Shown here piece by piece: positions 1 to 10,532 of a DNA stretch of 64,000 nucleotides (positions are counted from its first letter, which is position 1; every line of letters begins with the position of its first letter). The position numbers and the translations under genes were made by a program. Origin of the DNA: Sedimentisphaeraceae bacterium JB056 (GTDB lineage: Bacteria > Planctomycetota > Phycisphaerae > Sedimentisphaerales > Sedimentisphaeraceae); assembly GCA_044440125.1 (NCBI GenBank), contig JBITAJ010000015.1, forward strand, positions 265,178-329,177, in the 5' to 3' direction. Under the pieces are notes generated by a model that worked only from the letters and a program-made list of their open reading frames with translations, was not told the origin of the DNA and did not search any database.

Positions 1-132
1 TTCATCCGCCATATCAGTGACGATAACCTTTTGGGCTATTGAAGATGCGAACTTAGCACAGTCGAGGCCGCCGCCGAATTTGCCTAATCCCATTATAAGG
101 ATATTTTTACCTTTAAGCTTTTCTAATTTCAT
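1..132 (-). CDS. murD: UDP-N-acetylmuramoyl-L-alanine--D-glutamate ligase, 5' part only (runs off the window)
   Basis: Manual translation from ATG at 132 gives MKLEKLKGKNILIMGLGKFGGGLDCAKFASSIAQKVIVTDMADE, the MurD N-terminal Rossmann motif (GLGxxG...VxVxD). Not in the ORF track. Confidence 0.8.
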   Translation of the reverse strand, partial: MKLEKLKGKNILIMGLGKFGGGLDCAKFASSIAQKVIVTDMADE

Positions 133-149
133 ATTGCTCTGCCATAAAA

Positions 150-183
150 TACAGCCGATAACGCTTTAACGCTACCGGCTGTA
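150..183 (-). terminator. Hairpin between pyrF and murD, possible terminator or attenuator
   Basis: TACAGCCG...CGGCTGTA inverted repeat, followed by TTTT on the minus strand. Confidence 0.45.
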
Positions 184-214
184 ATATTATTTCCAATGTG
201 AGGTAATCGCGTGA

Positions 215-1150
215 TTACTTCTGCATAGCGTTGTTTAGTATGTTGTTAGCGTCTATAGCCGCCTGTTCAATACATTTTTCCCAGTTGTCGCCAAACTGCT
301 CTGTGTATTCTTCTTTCTCGTAAGCATAGATAATGCCGCGTGAAGAGTTTATGAGAGCACCTGTACCATCACTCTTGCAGAATCTTACGCAGTCATCTGC
401 CTGTCCGCCCTGTGAACCGAATCCCGGTACAAGGAACCATACGTTAGGATAACGCATGCGGAGGCTCGCTGTATGCTCAGGAGTAGTGCCGCCGACAACC
501 ATTCCGATGTTGCTGTAGCCTGACTCACCGATTCTTCTTGGCTGGCTTGCAATTTCGTTTGTGATTTCAGCCAGTATCTGATACATTGCTACGCCTTCTT
601 TTGTTACCGCGTCCTGCAGACGGGCTGCAGAAGGGTTGCTTGCACGTACCCATACGAATATGCCGTTATTGGCATCGCTTGCTGCATCAGCGAAAGGCAG
701 TATGCCGTCAGCACCTGCAAAGCCGTTGATTGTTATAGCATCAGGAGCTATAACATTAAGACTCTTGAATTTCGGGTCGCGAAGATGAGCATCAGCGTAT
801 GCAAGGCAGGTATGCCCGATATCGCCACGTTTAACATCACCTACAACTTCCAATCCGAGTGAATCTGCTTCAGCGATTAGGCTGTAGTATGCTTCTACAC
901 CTTCCCAGAGGTATTTTTCAAAATACGCGATATTGAATTTAACCGCCGGTACGTGAGGGGCTACAGCTTTGAGTGTTCTTGTGCAGAACTCAATCGTAGC
1001 ATCAATAACAGCTTCAATATCATTATTTGAGCCGTAACGCTTCTTGATTTCCTCAGGAAGCCTGCTATATACAGGGTCCAAGCCCACAACGAGAGGGCTG
1101 TTTTTTGCTTTAACGGCATCGTAAAGACGATCACCAAAATGTTTTGCCAT
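215..1150 (-). CDS. pyrF: Orotidine-5'-phosphate decarboxylase
   Basis: VGLDP, DVKRGDIGHT, FLVPGFGSQGG and INSSRGII motifs. Confidence 0.95.
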   Translation of the reverse strand: MAKHFGDRLYDAVKAKNSPLVVGLDPVYSRLPEEIKKRYGSNNDIEAVIDATIEFCTRTLKAVAPHVPAVKFNIAYFEKYLWEGVEAYYSLIAEADSLGLEVVGDVKRGDIGHTCLAYADAHLRDPKFKSLNVIAPDAITINGFAGADGILPFADAASDANNGIFVWVRASNPSAARLQDAVTKEGVAMYQILAEITNEIASQPRRIGESGYSNIGMVVGGTTPEHTASLRMRYPNVWFLVPGFGSQGGQADDCVRFCKSDGTGALINSSRGIIYAYEKEEYTEQFGDNWEKCIEQAAIDANNILNNAMQK

Positions 1151-1385
1151 AATATCTTATTCCTGAAAATATGAAATTATTCTGATTTTAATTGCCAAAA
1201 GTCTAAACTATAGTCGTTTGAATCGATATTACAAGTTTTATCCTTTGATGTTGGGTAAAATTATGCTAATTTAATTATGTAGGCTCTGACAAAAGTCAAA
1301 AAAAGCGATATTTGCTGTCAAAACCTTGAAAATCATTGAAAATGAAGTATATGGTTTTAGCGTGAGGGGTTCAGGAGGTCTTTTA

Positions 1386-1889
1386 ATGAGTACCAAAAAT
1401 GATTATGAAGAGGCATTTAGTCTGTGGCTTGAAGAAAATAACTATAATTTCAGGCATGTCAAACAGTCTGAAAGGCTCAAAATAGGTGAAAAAAGCGTCA
1501 AGTCATTTGATTATGTGGTTGATAACAATGGTAAAGTTTGTGTTGTAGAGTTGAAAGGTCGTGTTTTTAAGGGGGATTCCTTTGCATCGCTATCGGGCCT
1601 TCAGAACTGGGTTACCTGCGATGATGTTGAGAGTCTTGGCGGCTGGCAGTGTATTGAGGGGGTTGACAGGGCTTTATTGGTTTTCGCTTACCGTTCTCAG
1701 AATATTGATGTTGACACTGACGGCAACGACAGTATTGAGTATAACGGCAAAGTTTATGTGTTTATTGCCATACATGTAAACAAGTACAGATCATTCATGA
1801 AGAGAAGAAGCAGGCGTTGGAATACGGTTGATCTGCATGCTTCGGATTTTAGAAATAGCATAATTGAATTGAAAAAGGCCTTTTACTAA
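1386..1889 (+). CDS. HYExAFE-family protein (planctomycete PD-(D/E)xK nuclease-like)
   Basis: N-terminal NDYEEAF resembles HYExAFE; KSFDYVV...VELKGR; NWVTCDD. AGGAGG at 1373-1378 favours ATG 1386 over the ORF-track start 1326. Confidence 0.7.
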   Translation: MSTKNDYEEAFSLWLEENNYNFRHVKQSERLKIGEKSVKSFDYVVDNNGKVCVVELKGRVFKGDSFASLSGLQNWVTCDDVESLGGWQCIEGVDRALLVFAYRSQNIDVDTDGNDSIEYNGKVYVFIAIHVNKYRSFMKRRSRRWNTVDLHASDFRNSIIELKKAFY

Positions 1890-1999
1890 AAGTTTTTGCA
1901 GATTGACAAAGGTCTGATTTTTGGTAAACTTAACATTGGATTGATTAGCTTGCGGAACCTCCTGAAATTTCCCATAGCCTTTGAAAGTTAAATTGTATA

Positions 2000-3739
2000 A
2001 TGTCACTTGGAACTAAAATAATACTTCTGTTTGCTTCTTTTCTTGTACTGCATTCGCTGTTCAGTTTCGGCCTGCGTAAAGTAATTGAGGAGCCTACATA
2101 CATTGAAACAGAAGAAAAAATGATGCACAGAGAGCTTGAATGGTTTTCAAACCTGCTTGACTCTGAAGCATATGAAATCGGGCTCCTTTGTAAGAGTTTT
2201 TCTAAGCATAAAGGCCTATATGATTACATGACCAGCGGAAGCAATGAACTTATCAAGGCTGAGCTTGAAGGAAGTATGTGTAATTCGCTCGAAGTCAATA
2301 TTCTTGTTATGCTGGATGCTGATAATAATGTTGTGTACTCGTATATTACGGATGAGGATTTTAATACACCTGTTAAGATAGACGGCTTCAGTGCGGAGCA
2401 ATGGGCCGGCGGACATCCTTTATTGGGATTTGAAGGTGGAGATGATCTTAAGACAGGTCTTATGAAGGTTCGTGAGAATGTAGTCATAGTTGCTTCATGT
2501 CCTATATCTGCTCCGGAGGATGCCTCAAATATAGTGGGAACATTAGTTTTTGGTAAACTTTTAAGCGGCAAATATCTTGAAAAACTTGCCAGTATTCATG
2601 GTATATCTATAGATGTAGTCTCTGTTGCTGATGCGGGTTTTCGCGAGGGAGAAACTATAACGGAGAATTATTTCTACATGGAAAAAGCAGGAGAGGGCAA
2701 ATATAAGACGCTGCTTGCTGTAAATAATGTTGCCGGTAAGCCGTCGCTTGCCATAAAAGCGAATATATCCTCAGACATAGCCTCTAAAAGCCGCAGGGCA
2801 AAACGTATAGCACTTGTATCCGAGCTTGGATTCGCTCTTGCAGCGGTTATGATAATGCTTTATCTGATTTACAACATAATGGGAAAAAGGCTTGAAAGGC
2901 TTATAGATCATATCATAGGGATCCGCCATAGCGGTGTACTTGTAAAGATGGTTCAGGAGTCAAGCGGTGATGAGATAGATTTGCTTGGTTATGAGTTTAA
3001 CCAGATGGTTGCGAGGCTCCAGCGGGATATTGAACTTCGCATGCAGGTTGAGACTGAACTTAAGCGTTCGCTCACCGAACTTGAACGTTTTGCAGATGTG
3101 GCATCGCACGACTTGCAGGAGCCCTTGAGGTCGGTGGCAAGCTGCCTTCAGTTGCTTGAGCTGCAGTACAAAGAGAATATAGATGATCAGGGTAAGCAGC
3201 TTATAGAGTATGCTGTTCAAGGCTCGCGCAGGATGAAGACGCTTATCAAAGCATTGCTGGCCTACTCAAACATTGGCAATACCGGTCTTGAGATAGCAAA
3301 ATGCGATTGTAATCAAATCATTAAAGAAGCGGTTGATGAGCTTAAAAAAGAAATTGATGATGTTGAGGCTGAAGTTATATGCGATAATCTTCCTGTAATT
3401 CAGGCCGATAAATTCAGACTGCTGCTGATGTTCACTAATATAATTGATAATGCGTTGAAATATTCAGTTCCGGGAAGAAAGCCTTTGATTCGCGTAAATT
3501 GCGAAAAAGTTGATAATTCATGGCGTTTTTCAATCTCTGACAATGGTATTGGTATAGATAAAGACTATTACCAGCAGATCTTCGTAGCTTTCAAAAGGCT
3601 GCACACTCAGGAGGAGCATGAAGGAAGCGGCATCGGCCTTGCGATTTGCCGCAGAATTGTTGAACAGCACGGCGGTAGAATATGGGTTAAATCAGAACCT
3701 GGCAAAGGTTCCACTTTCTATTTCTCAATACCCGAATAA
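2000..3739 (+). CDS. Membrane sensor histidine kinase (CHASE4-like, HAMP, HisKA, HATPase)
   Basis: Two TM segments, HAMP (DEIDLLGYEFNQM), H-box ASHDLQEPLR, and N/G1/F/G2 boxes (NALKY, DNGIGI, GSGIGLAIC). Confidence 0.9.
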   Translation: MSLGTKIILLFASFLVLHSLFSFGLRKVIEEPTYIETEEKMMHRELEWFSNLLDSEAYEIGLLCKSFSKHKGLYDYMTSGSNELIKAELEGSMCNSLEVNILVMLDADNNVVYSYITDEDFNTPVKIDGFSAEQWAGGHPLLGFEGGDDLKTGLMKVRENVVIVASCPISAPEDASNIVGTLVFGKLLSGKYLEKLASIHGISIDVVSVADAGFREGETITENYFYMEKAGEGKYKTLLAVNNVAGKPSLAIKANISSDIASKSRRAKRIALVSELGFALAAVMIMLYLIYNIMGKRLERLIDHIIGIRHSGVLVKMVQESSGDEIDLLGYEFNQMVARLQRDIELRMQVETELKRSLTELERFADVASHDLQEPLRSVASCLQLLELQYKENIDDQGKQLIEYAVQGSRRMKTLIKALLAYSNIGNTGLEIAKCDCNQIIKEAVDELKKEIDDVEAEVICDNLPVIQADKFRLLLMFTNIIDNALKYSVPGRKPLIRVNCEKVDNSWRFSISDNGIGIDKDYYQQIFVAFKRLHTQEEHEGSGIGLAICRRIVEQHGGRIWVKSEPGKGSTFYFSIPE

Positions 3740-3742
3740 TTA

Positions 3743-3781
3743 ATTGAGCCGGTCAGAGTTGTTTATTCCAACCGGCTCAAT
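3743..3781. terminator. Hairpin between convergent genes
   Basis: ATTGAGCCGGT / ACCGGCTCAAT, 11-bp perfect inverted repeat. Confidence 0.7.
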
Positions 3782-3790
3782 ATTTATAGT

Positions 3791-4933
3791 CTATTTTTCC
3801 TTTTCAGCTTCCCATTTTTTCTGAAGCTCTGCTATCTCGTCAAGACGTTCCATTATGTTCAGGTGTTGTGTGCAGGCATCCTCACATCTATGGCATTTGA
3901 TGCAGTCTTTGGCATCTGCATGCCTGTCGACAAGAATTCCCCAGTTGTAATGATGCTCCATTGCCTTGAGCATTGCCTCTTCATCTTTGTTTTCAAAGAG
4001 CTTTTCGTTGTACATCTGAAGATAACGGGCAATTGGTATATGTTTTGGGCATTCTTTCAGGCAGTAGCCGCAGCCGGTGCAGAGAGAATCCATGTTCTGG
4101 CTGACACTGTTTTTGATTCGATCTATTTCTTGAGCAGTGAAAGGTGATGCATTGTCTGCCGCTTTGCAGGCTGTGTCAATATGATCTGTTGTTGTGAAGC
4201 CATTGAGTGTTACAGTGATCTGAGGGCAGCTAACGCAGAATCGAAGAGCCGCTTCTGTTGGTGTTTCCTCTTTTTCAGTGAGAAATCCGAGATTGACTTC
4301 ATTCTGCGGAATTGCTCCTCCTGCAAGAGGATTCATTGCCACTACGCCGTAGCCGCTGTCGTAAGCACTTTGTACGGCTTGCCAGCGGAAGGGGAAGTTC
4401 AGGACGTTGACTCCCAAGAGCACGCCTTCAAATCTTCCTTCGTCAAGTATACCCTTCAATTCGTTACCCTGAAGATGCGATGAAATAGTGAGATGTTTTA
4501 TCATACCACGCTCTTTGCATTCCAGCAATCCTTCGTAAAAGCCTCCATCAACTATCGCTTCTTCATAGTGACCGCGTTTACGAATGCACCATGTATAGAA
4601 AAAGTCAATATAGTCTGTTTTCAGTCTTCTAAGAGATTTTTCGACAGCTTCTATCGCTTCTTGCTTTGTTGGTGCACGGAAGGGCATGCATTTTGTGCAT
4701 ACATAGAAATCTTCACGTTTGCTCTTGTTTCTATCGACAAATATGCCGAAAATGTCTTCGCTCTGGTCTTCACAGTATCCGGGAGCGGTATCTAAAAAGT
4801 TTATACCGTTATCGTATGCATACTGAATAATATCTGCGTTTTTCTCCTGACCTATGCTGAGGTCAAAACGCATACCTCCAAAACCAACGGCTGATACTTT
4901 ATGACCTGTATTTCCGTATTCCTTATAAATCAT
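3791..4933 (-). CDS. Aldo/keto reductase with C-terminal 4Fe-4S dicluster
   Basis: YGNTGHKVSAVGFGGMR, GINFLDTAPGY, SLRRLKTDYID; CTGCGYCLKECP and CIKCHRCEDAC. Confidence 0.9.
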   Translation of the reverse strand: MIYKEYGNTGHKVSAVGFGGMRFDLSIGQEKNADIIQYAYDNGINFLDTAPGYCEDQSEDIFGIFVDRNKSKREDFYVCTKCMPFRAPTKQEAIEAVEKSLRRLKTDYIDFFYTWCIRKRGHYEEAIVDGGFYEGLLECKERGMIKHLTISSHLQGNELKGILDEGRFEGVLLGVNVLNFPFRWQAVQSAYDSGYGVVAMNPLAGGAIPQNEVNLGFLTEKEETPTEAALRFCVSCPQITVTLNGFTTTDHIDTACKAADNASPFTAQEIDRIKNSVSQNMDSLCTGCGYCLKECPKHIPIARYLQMYNEKLFENKDEEAMLKAMEHHYNWGILVDRHADAKDCIKCHRCEDACTQHLNIMERLDEIAELQKKWEAEKEK

Positions 4934-4957
4934 TTTTGCTCCTGTTGTAAGTTAGAA

Positions 4958-5962
4958 TTATTGCTTTGGCTGCATGTTTAGATGTTCGTATGCCGCAGGG
5001 GTTACTTCTCTACCCCGTTTGGTTCGTCTCAGAAAGCCTGTTTGCAGCAAATATGGTTCTACGACATCCTCAAGGGTGTCTCTTTCCTCGCCAAGAGTAG
5101 CGGCTACTGCCTCTATGCCAGCCGGACCTCCTTCGTATACATTGATAAGTGCCTTGAGGAAAGAGCGGTCCAATTCATCAAGCCCCAAGTGGTCGATTCG
5201 CTCCATATCCAGGGACGCTTCCACTATTTCTGTGGTAAGCTTGCCTGTACCTTTGACTTGAGCATAGTCACGTACCCTTTTGAGTAGTCTGTTAGCTATT
5301 CGCGGTGTACTCCTTGATCTTGACGCAATCAGTTTCAGAGCATCCTGGTTACATTCCAGTTCGAGAAGTCTGGCAGAGCGGCTTACTATTTTGGTCAGCT
5401 CTTCGATTGTATAATACTCAAGATGATAGAGCATGCCGAATCTGCTTCTAAGAGGAGAGCTTAAGAGTCCTGCTCGTGTCGTTGCTCCTATTAGCGTGAA
5501 TCTTTTCAAGGGAAAGTTTATTGTTTTGGCATGAAGCCCGCTGTCTACCGTGAAGTCGACTTTAAAGTCTTCCATTGCCGGATAGATGAACTCTTCTACT
5601 GAAGCGTTCAAGCGGTGTATCTCGTCAATGAACAGGATGTCACCGGTGCTTATGTTGCTAAGCATGCCCATAACATCTCCCTGTTTTGCAAGGGCGGGGC
5701 CGGAAGTAACTCTCAGAGCCGCGTTCATCTCTGAGGCTATTACGTTTGCGAGAGTTGTTTTACCAAGTCCGGGAGGCCCGTAGAACAGTATGTGTTCCAG
5801 CGGTTCGTCACGGCCTTTGGCTGCTTGTATGGCTATCGAGAGTTTTTGCTTGACGTTTTCCTGGCCGACGCATTCATCAAGACTCTGAGGACGAAGAGCG
5901 AGATTAAAGTTCTCTTCATTTGAGCCGGTCGATTCTGCGCCTAATACTCTTTGTACAGCCAT
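4958..5962 (-). CDS. ruvB: Holliday junction branch migration helicase RuvB
   Basis: LRPQSLDE, GPPGLGKTT, FIDEIHR, GATTRAG, VEPYLLQ. Confidence 0.97.
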   Translation of the reverse strand: MAVQRVLGAESTGSNEENFNLALRPQSLDECVGQENVKQKLSIAIQAAKGRDEPLEHILFYGPPGLGKTTLANVIASEMNAALRVTSGPALAKQGDVMGMLSNISTGDILFIDEIHRLNASVEEFIYPAMEDFKVDFTVDSGLHAKTINFPLKRFTLIGATTRAGLLSSPLRSRFGMLYHLEYYTIEELTKIVSRSARLLELECNQDALKLIASRSRSTPRIANRLLKRVRDYAQVKGTGKLTTEIVEASLDMERIDHLGLDELDRSFLKALINVYEGGPAGIEAVAATLGEERDTLEDVVEPYLLQTGFLRRTKRGREVTPAAYEHLNMQPKQ

Positions 5963-5988
5963 GATAAAAATCCGTTCTTTATATTTTC

Positions 5989-6423
5989 TTAAACATCCAG
6001 ACCGTCAATAGTAACGTCTCTGCTGCTTTGACCTGTATGTTCAATCGTTACATTTATTGTTTCAACGCCCTTTAATGCATCCTGTACCCTGTTTGCCCAT
6101 TCGACCAGTACAACAGAGCCGGGGGTGCACATGTCATCAAATCCAAGATTCTCGAAATCTCTGCTTGTATCGAGTCTGTAAGCATCGATATGGTACAGAT
6201 CAAGCCTGCCGTCAAGGTATTCTTTGACCAGTACAAATGTAGGGCTGCATACAAGATTAGTGTCATCGCTTTCTGCAACTCCTTTAACGATACCTTTTAT
6301 AAGGTGTGTCTTGCCTGCTCCTAAGTTACCGTTTATAGCGAATACTTCGCCGCCTTTAAGCTTCTGGCCTATTTTGACACCCAGTGCTATTGTATCTTCT
6401 ACACTATTTGATACTATTTTCAT
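5989..6423 (-). CDS. tsaE: t6A biosynthesis ATPase TsaE
   Basis: GNLGAGKT, SPTFVLV, HIDAYRL, LVEW. Confidence 0.95.
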   Translation of the reverse strand: MKIVSNSVEDTIALGVKIGQKLKGGEVFAINGNLGAGKTHLIKGIVKGVAESDDTNLVCSPTFVLVKEYLDGRLDLYHIDAYRLDTSRDFENLGFDDMCTPGSVVLVEWANRVQDALKGVETINVTIEHTGQSSRDVTIDGLDV

Positions 6424-6424
6424 T

Positions 6425-7348
6425 TTAGTCCTTCATATGATCAAAACCTGACGGTTTTATGTTTTCTAATTTACCGCTTTTAAGTTTGATTGTCAACCCC
6501 TGCCTGGTAATTGTTCCTATACGGCTTATCGGAGTTTCCATGTTCCAGTTTGTCTTCAGATTCTCATAGTCGGCAGGGCTTAACGTGAAGAGTAATTCAA
6601 AATCCTCTCCATCGTTTAGTGCTGCCTGCAGTGGATTATTTTTCTGCATGGCTGCGCTGGATATCGGAATAAGCTTTTCTTCGAGTTCCGCACCGACATT
6701 GCTCAGTCTTGTAAGATGAGTCAAATCAGTACTTATGCCGTCACTTATATCCATCATGGCAGTTGGCTTGGCAATTCTTGCTATCTCCAGTGCTTCACGT
6801 ACTCGAGGGACAAAGCAGATATGCTTTCCTTCCAAAGAGCCGCCAAGAAAACCAGTGACGCATACTGCATCACCTATCTGGGCAGTACTTCGTCTGACCG
6901 GTTCTGTCTTTGCCGGTTTGGAGAGCATGGTAATATTGACTGCGAGCTTACCTTCTGGGATGCTCCAGCTTGTTATGTCACCGCCTATAAGTTTGCATCC
7001 GAACATGTCTCCGCTTTTGATTATTCCCGAATGAAGCTTTTTAAGATCATTACTGCTGAAATCAAGCGGAAGGGCGACCGCTGCGACCGCTGCAAAAGGT
7101 ATTGTTGCCATTGAAGCACAATCGCTCAGACTTGCTGCCATTGATTTATAGCCTATATCTTCAAGCGAATGGATATTGGTATCGAAATGTGTGCCGTCAA
7201 GCAGCATATCGGTAGTGATAAGAGCGCTGTCAAGACCGCCGAATCGCATCTGGGCCATGTCATCCCCTATGCCAATAGGAAAATCTACAGGATCAAGATC
7301 ACTCTTTTGGGCAAAATAACCCGTTATTTTTGATTCTTTTGTGTCCAA
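6425..7348 (-). CDS. thiL: Thiamine-phosphate kinase
   Basis: GIGDD, SLSDCASM, LIGGD, MDISDG, DGEDFELLF. Confidence 0.93.
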   Translation of the reverse strand: MDTKESKITGYFAQKSDLDPVDFPIGIGDDMAQMRFGGLDSALITTDMLLDGTHFDTNIHSLEDIGYKSMAASLSDCASMATIPFAAVAAVALPLDFSSNDLKKLHSGIIKSGDMFGCKLIGGDITSWSIPEGKLAVNITMLSKPAKTEPVRRSTAQIGDAVCVTGFLGGSLEGKHICFVPRVREALEIARIAKPTAMMDISDGISTDLTHLTRLSNVGAELEEKLIPISSAAMQKNNPLQAALNDGEDFELLFTLSPADYENLKTNWNMETPISRIGTITRQGLTIKLKSGKLENIKPSGFDHMKD

Positions 7349-7375
7349 ATTCTACCTGTTTGATATTTTGCTGAT

Positions 7376-8755
7376 TTACAGGATACTGGTCCAATATTCT
7401 ATTCGCTCTGCGGCTTGCTTGGTTCCCGATGCTCCCGGGCTGGTATATTGCTTAACAACATTAGGAGCTGTCAGGTTGTCAAATACATCCTGCTCTATTT
7501 CTTTGCACATTTGCTTGTATTCATCAAGAGAGAGCTCTGAGAGCTTGATTTGTCTCTTTTCACAATCCGCTACGGCAGCACCTACTATACCGTGAGCCTG
7601 GCGGAATGGTACTCCCTTACGAACCAGATACTCAGCAAGTGAGGTGGCATCAAGGAATCCTTCGTCGATATTCTCTGCAATCTTTTCTGTCTTGAACTCT
7701 GTATTTGATACAATTCCTTCCGCCATATCAAGACACATTCTTACATAGTCTGCCGCGTTGAATATGTGTATCTTATCTTCCTGCAAATCGCGGTTGTATG
7801 TAGATGGCTGGGCTTTCAGGATTGTAAGCATCGCTGTTAAAGAGCCGAATACAGCTCCGCTCTTTCCGCGTATCAGTTCAAGCATATCAGGATTACGTTT
7901 CTGCGGCATCATACTTGACGATGTGCAGTATTTATCCGCAGTGCGTATGAATCCGAATTCTGTCGTTGTATAAAGAATGAAGTCTTCCGCGAATTTTGAC
8001 AGGTGTGTCATTATCATCGTAGAAGCGAATATAAACTCTGCACAGAAGTCCCTGTCGGAGACAGAGTCAATGCTGTTATAAGTTATGTCTGCAAATCCGA
8101 GTTTTTCAGCAGTGCTGTGGCGATTTATCGGCAGGGTGCTGCCGGCTACCGCGCCGCTTCCAAGTGGGGATACGTTCAGTCTTTTCGAGCAATCACTCAG
8201 TCTGGTGTAATCACGCTGAAGCTGCTCAACAAAGCTGAGCAGGTAAGCAGCAATTACAATAGGCTGTGCACGCTGAAGGTGAGTGTAAGCAGGCATCAAG
8301 GCTTCTGTATATTTTGACGCCAGATTTACAAACGCTTTCTGGAGTTTGCGGATCTTATTCTGTACTACCAGGATTTCATCCCGCATCCAGAGCCGCATGT
8401 CTGTCGCAACCTGATCATTCCTGCTTCGTCCGGTATGAAGTTTACGTCCTGCATCGCCTGTCTTGGCAACAAGAGCTGCTTCTATTGCCATATGTATATC
8501 TTCGAGGGATATATCGAACTCAAATTCGCCGCTTTCGATTTCAGCCTGAACCTCAAGAAGACCTTTTTTGATGGTTTCAGCTTCTTCTTGCGTTATAATG
8601 CCTTGTTCAACAAGCATTTGTGAATGAGCGATAGACCCCTGAATGTCATACTTATACAATCTTTTATCATATGAGAGGGATTCCACAAATGCCATAGCCA
8701 ATTCATTAGGCCCGCCTTCAAGTCTGTGTTCCCAGCTTTTCTTACCTGTACTCAT
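7376..8755 (-). CDS. argH: Argininosuccinate lyase
   Basis: LHTGRSRNDQVATD, YTHLQRAQP, SSMMPQKRNPD. Confidence 0.97.
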   Translation of the reverse strand: MSTGKKSWEHRLEGGPNELAMAFVESLSYDKRLYKYDIQGSIAHSQMLVEQGIITQEEAETIKKGLLEVQAEIESGEFEFDISLEDIHMAIEAALVAKTGDAGRKLHTGRSRNDQVATDMRLWMRDEILVVQNKIRKLQKAFVNLASKYTEALMPAYTHLQRAQPIVIAAYLLSFVEQLQRDYTRLSDCSKRLNVSPLGSGAVAGSTLPINRHSTAEKLGFADITYNSIDSVSDRDFCAEFIFASTMIMTHLSKFAEDFILYTTTEFGFIRTADKYCTSSSMMPQKRNPDMLELIRGKSGAVFGSLTAMLTILKAQPSTYNRDLQEDKIHIFNAADYVRMCLDMAEGIVSNTEFKTEKIAENIDEGFLDATSLAEYLVRKGVPFRQAHGIVGAAVADCEKRQIKLSELSLDEYKQMCKEIEQDVFDNLTAPNVVKQYTSPGASGTKQAAERIEYWTSIL

Positions 8756-8965
8756 AGTCTTAAATTTCTGGTAAATATTTGTCTGATTTTTTGCGCAGGT
8801 ATATCCTTTTTATATACCGCAGGGCCATAAATTGTATGCTAAAAACGGCCTCAATGCAACCGGAAAATAGACTATTTGACAGTCAAATACTTACTATGAC
8901 ATTGCTTATATTCTTGCGCATAAAATAAGGATACTTCCATTACAGCAGTACCCTTATGGATTTAT

Positions 8966-10447
8966 TTATGCTTTGACCCACTTTGTGCCTTCGGGGGTGT
9001 CTTTGAAGGTTATCCCGAATTTTGCCATAGTATCGCGGATTTCGTCGGCCTTTGCCCAGTCTTTATCGGCTCTTGCCTTTGTTCTCTGCTCTATAATTCC
9101 CTGCATGAGATAGTCAATCAGCTCATCGTCGGCTGCGGATGCAGTTTCCGGGTAGCTTTCAAGGACTATACCCAGAGCATCACCACCAAGACGGTTGAAC
9201 ATGTCATTGATCGCTTCAAGGGTTTGTTTTGTCTTGTTTGGTGAAGCGAGTACCTTATTGGCAAGTTTCACCATTTCATAGATCATGGACAATGCTACCG
9301 ATGTGTTTATATCATCGTTCATTGCCTTTTCAAAACGGAATTTCAAACTTTCGAGCTGTTTTGTGATTTTCTCGTCAACGGTTCCGTCTGCGGCTGATTC
9401 GATGGTCTTGCGGATATTCTTAACAGCTTCGGTTATCTTGTCAAGTCCACTTTGTGCAGCTGTCAAAGCCGCATCAGAGAAGTCAAGCGGACTGCGGTAG
9501 TGGCTGTTAAGAACAAGCATTCTCACCGCTATAGGGTCGTATTTACGGCTAAGTCTTTCGTGATCGCCGGTAAATACTTGCTTCAGATTGATGAAATTAT
9601 TGAGGCTCTTGCCCATTTTGGTGCCGTCAACGGTTACCATGTTGTTATGCAGCCAGTACTTAACGAATTGTTTGCCGTTAGCTGCTTCTGACTGTGCTAT
9701 TTCACATTCGTGATGAGGGAATTTGTTTTCAAGTCCGCCGCCGTGAATATCAATGGTTTCGCCGAGATATTTCATACTCATTACAGAGCATTCAAGATGC
9801 CAGCCAGGATATCCCTTACCCCATGGGCTGTCCCACTGCATGATGTGGTTTGGCTCGGCCTTTTTCCACAAAGCGAAATCAGAAGGATTACGTTTCTCGC
9901 TTTTAACATCAACTCTCGTGCCGCTCTTCATATCGTCAAGATTACGGCCTGAAAGTTTGCCGTAGCCCTCAAAACTGGTGACATCAAAATAAACAGAGCC
10001 GTTAACCTCGTAGGCATTACCTTTTTCAATGAGAGCCTCAACCATTTTGATTTGCTCTGGTATATGTCCGGTAGCCCTTGGGCTTATATCTGGACGCAGG
10101 CAGTTTAGCTTGTCCATGTCGTTGAAGAAGCTTGCCGTATAGAATTCGGCTATTGCCATTGGATGTTTATGGATTTTCTTTGCGGCTACAGCAAGTTTGT
10201 CCTCACCTTCATCAGCATCATCTGTAAGATGTCCTACATCGGTTATATTCTGAATGTAGGTTGTGTCATAGCCAAGATAACGGAGGTAACGTACTATTAC
10301 ATCAAAGCTTATGTAACTTTTGGCGTGGCCTAGATGAGCGTGGCCGTAAACAGTAGGTCCGCATACGTAGACTTTAGCCTTGCCTTCTTCTACAGGTACA
10401 AAATCTTCTTTGTTTCTTGTTAATGAGTTATAAAATTTTAATGCCAT
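8966..10447 (-). CDS. cysS: Cysteine--tRNA ligase
   Basis: CGPTVY...HLGH, PGWHLEC, FPHHECE, KMGKSLNN. Confidence 0.97.
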   Translation of the reverse strand: MALKFYNSLTRNKEDFVPVEEGKAKVYVCGPTVYGHAHLGHAKSYISFDVIVRYLRYLGYDTTYIQNITDVGHLTDDADEGEDKLAVAAKKIHKHPMAIAEFYTASFFNDMDKLNCLRPDISPRATGHIPEQIKMVEALIEKGNAYEVNGSVYFDVTSFEGYGKLSGRNLDDMKSGTRVDVKSEKRNPSDFALWKKAEPNHIMQWDSPWGKGYPGWHLECSVMSMKYLGETIDIHGGGLENKFPHHECEIAQSEAANGKQFVKYWLHNNMVTVDGTKMGKSLNNFINLKQVFTGDHERLSRKYDPIAVRMLVLNSHYRSPLDFSDAALTAAQSGLDKITEAVKNIRKTIESAADGTVDEKITKQLESLKFRFEKAMNDDINTSVALSMIYEMVKLANKVLASPNKTKQTLEAINDMFNRLGGDALGIVLESYPETASAADDELIDYLMQGIIEQRTKARADKDWAKADEIRDTMAKFGITFKDTPEGTKWVKA

Positions 10448-10532
10448 TTTAATATTTCCAAATTCTCAATTTTCCTGAAACCGAACATTTTAACCTAAAA
10501 ACGGCAAAATGCAAATCGGTTGGAATATAATG

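Noticed and set aside
1..132. murD (and the lpxL-like gene) in a planctomycete as a novelty
   Set aside because: Peptidoglycan and LPS genes in Planctomycetota are established.
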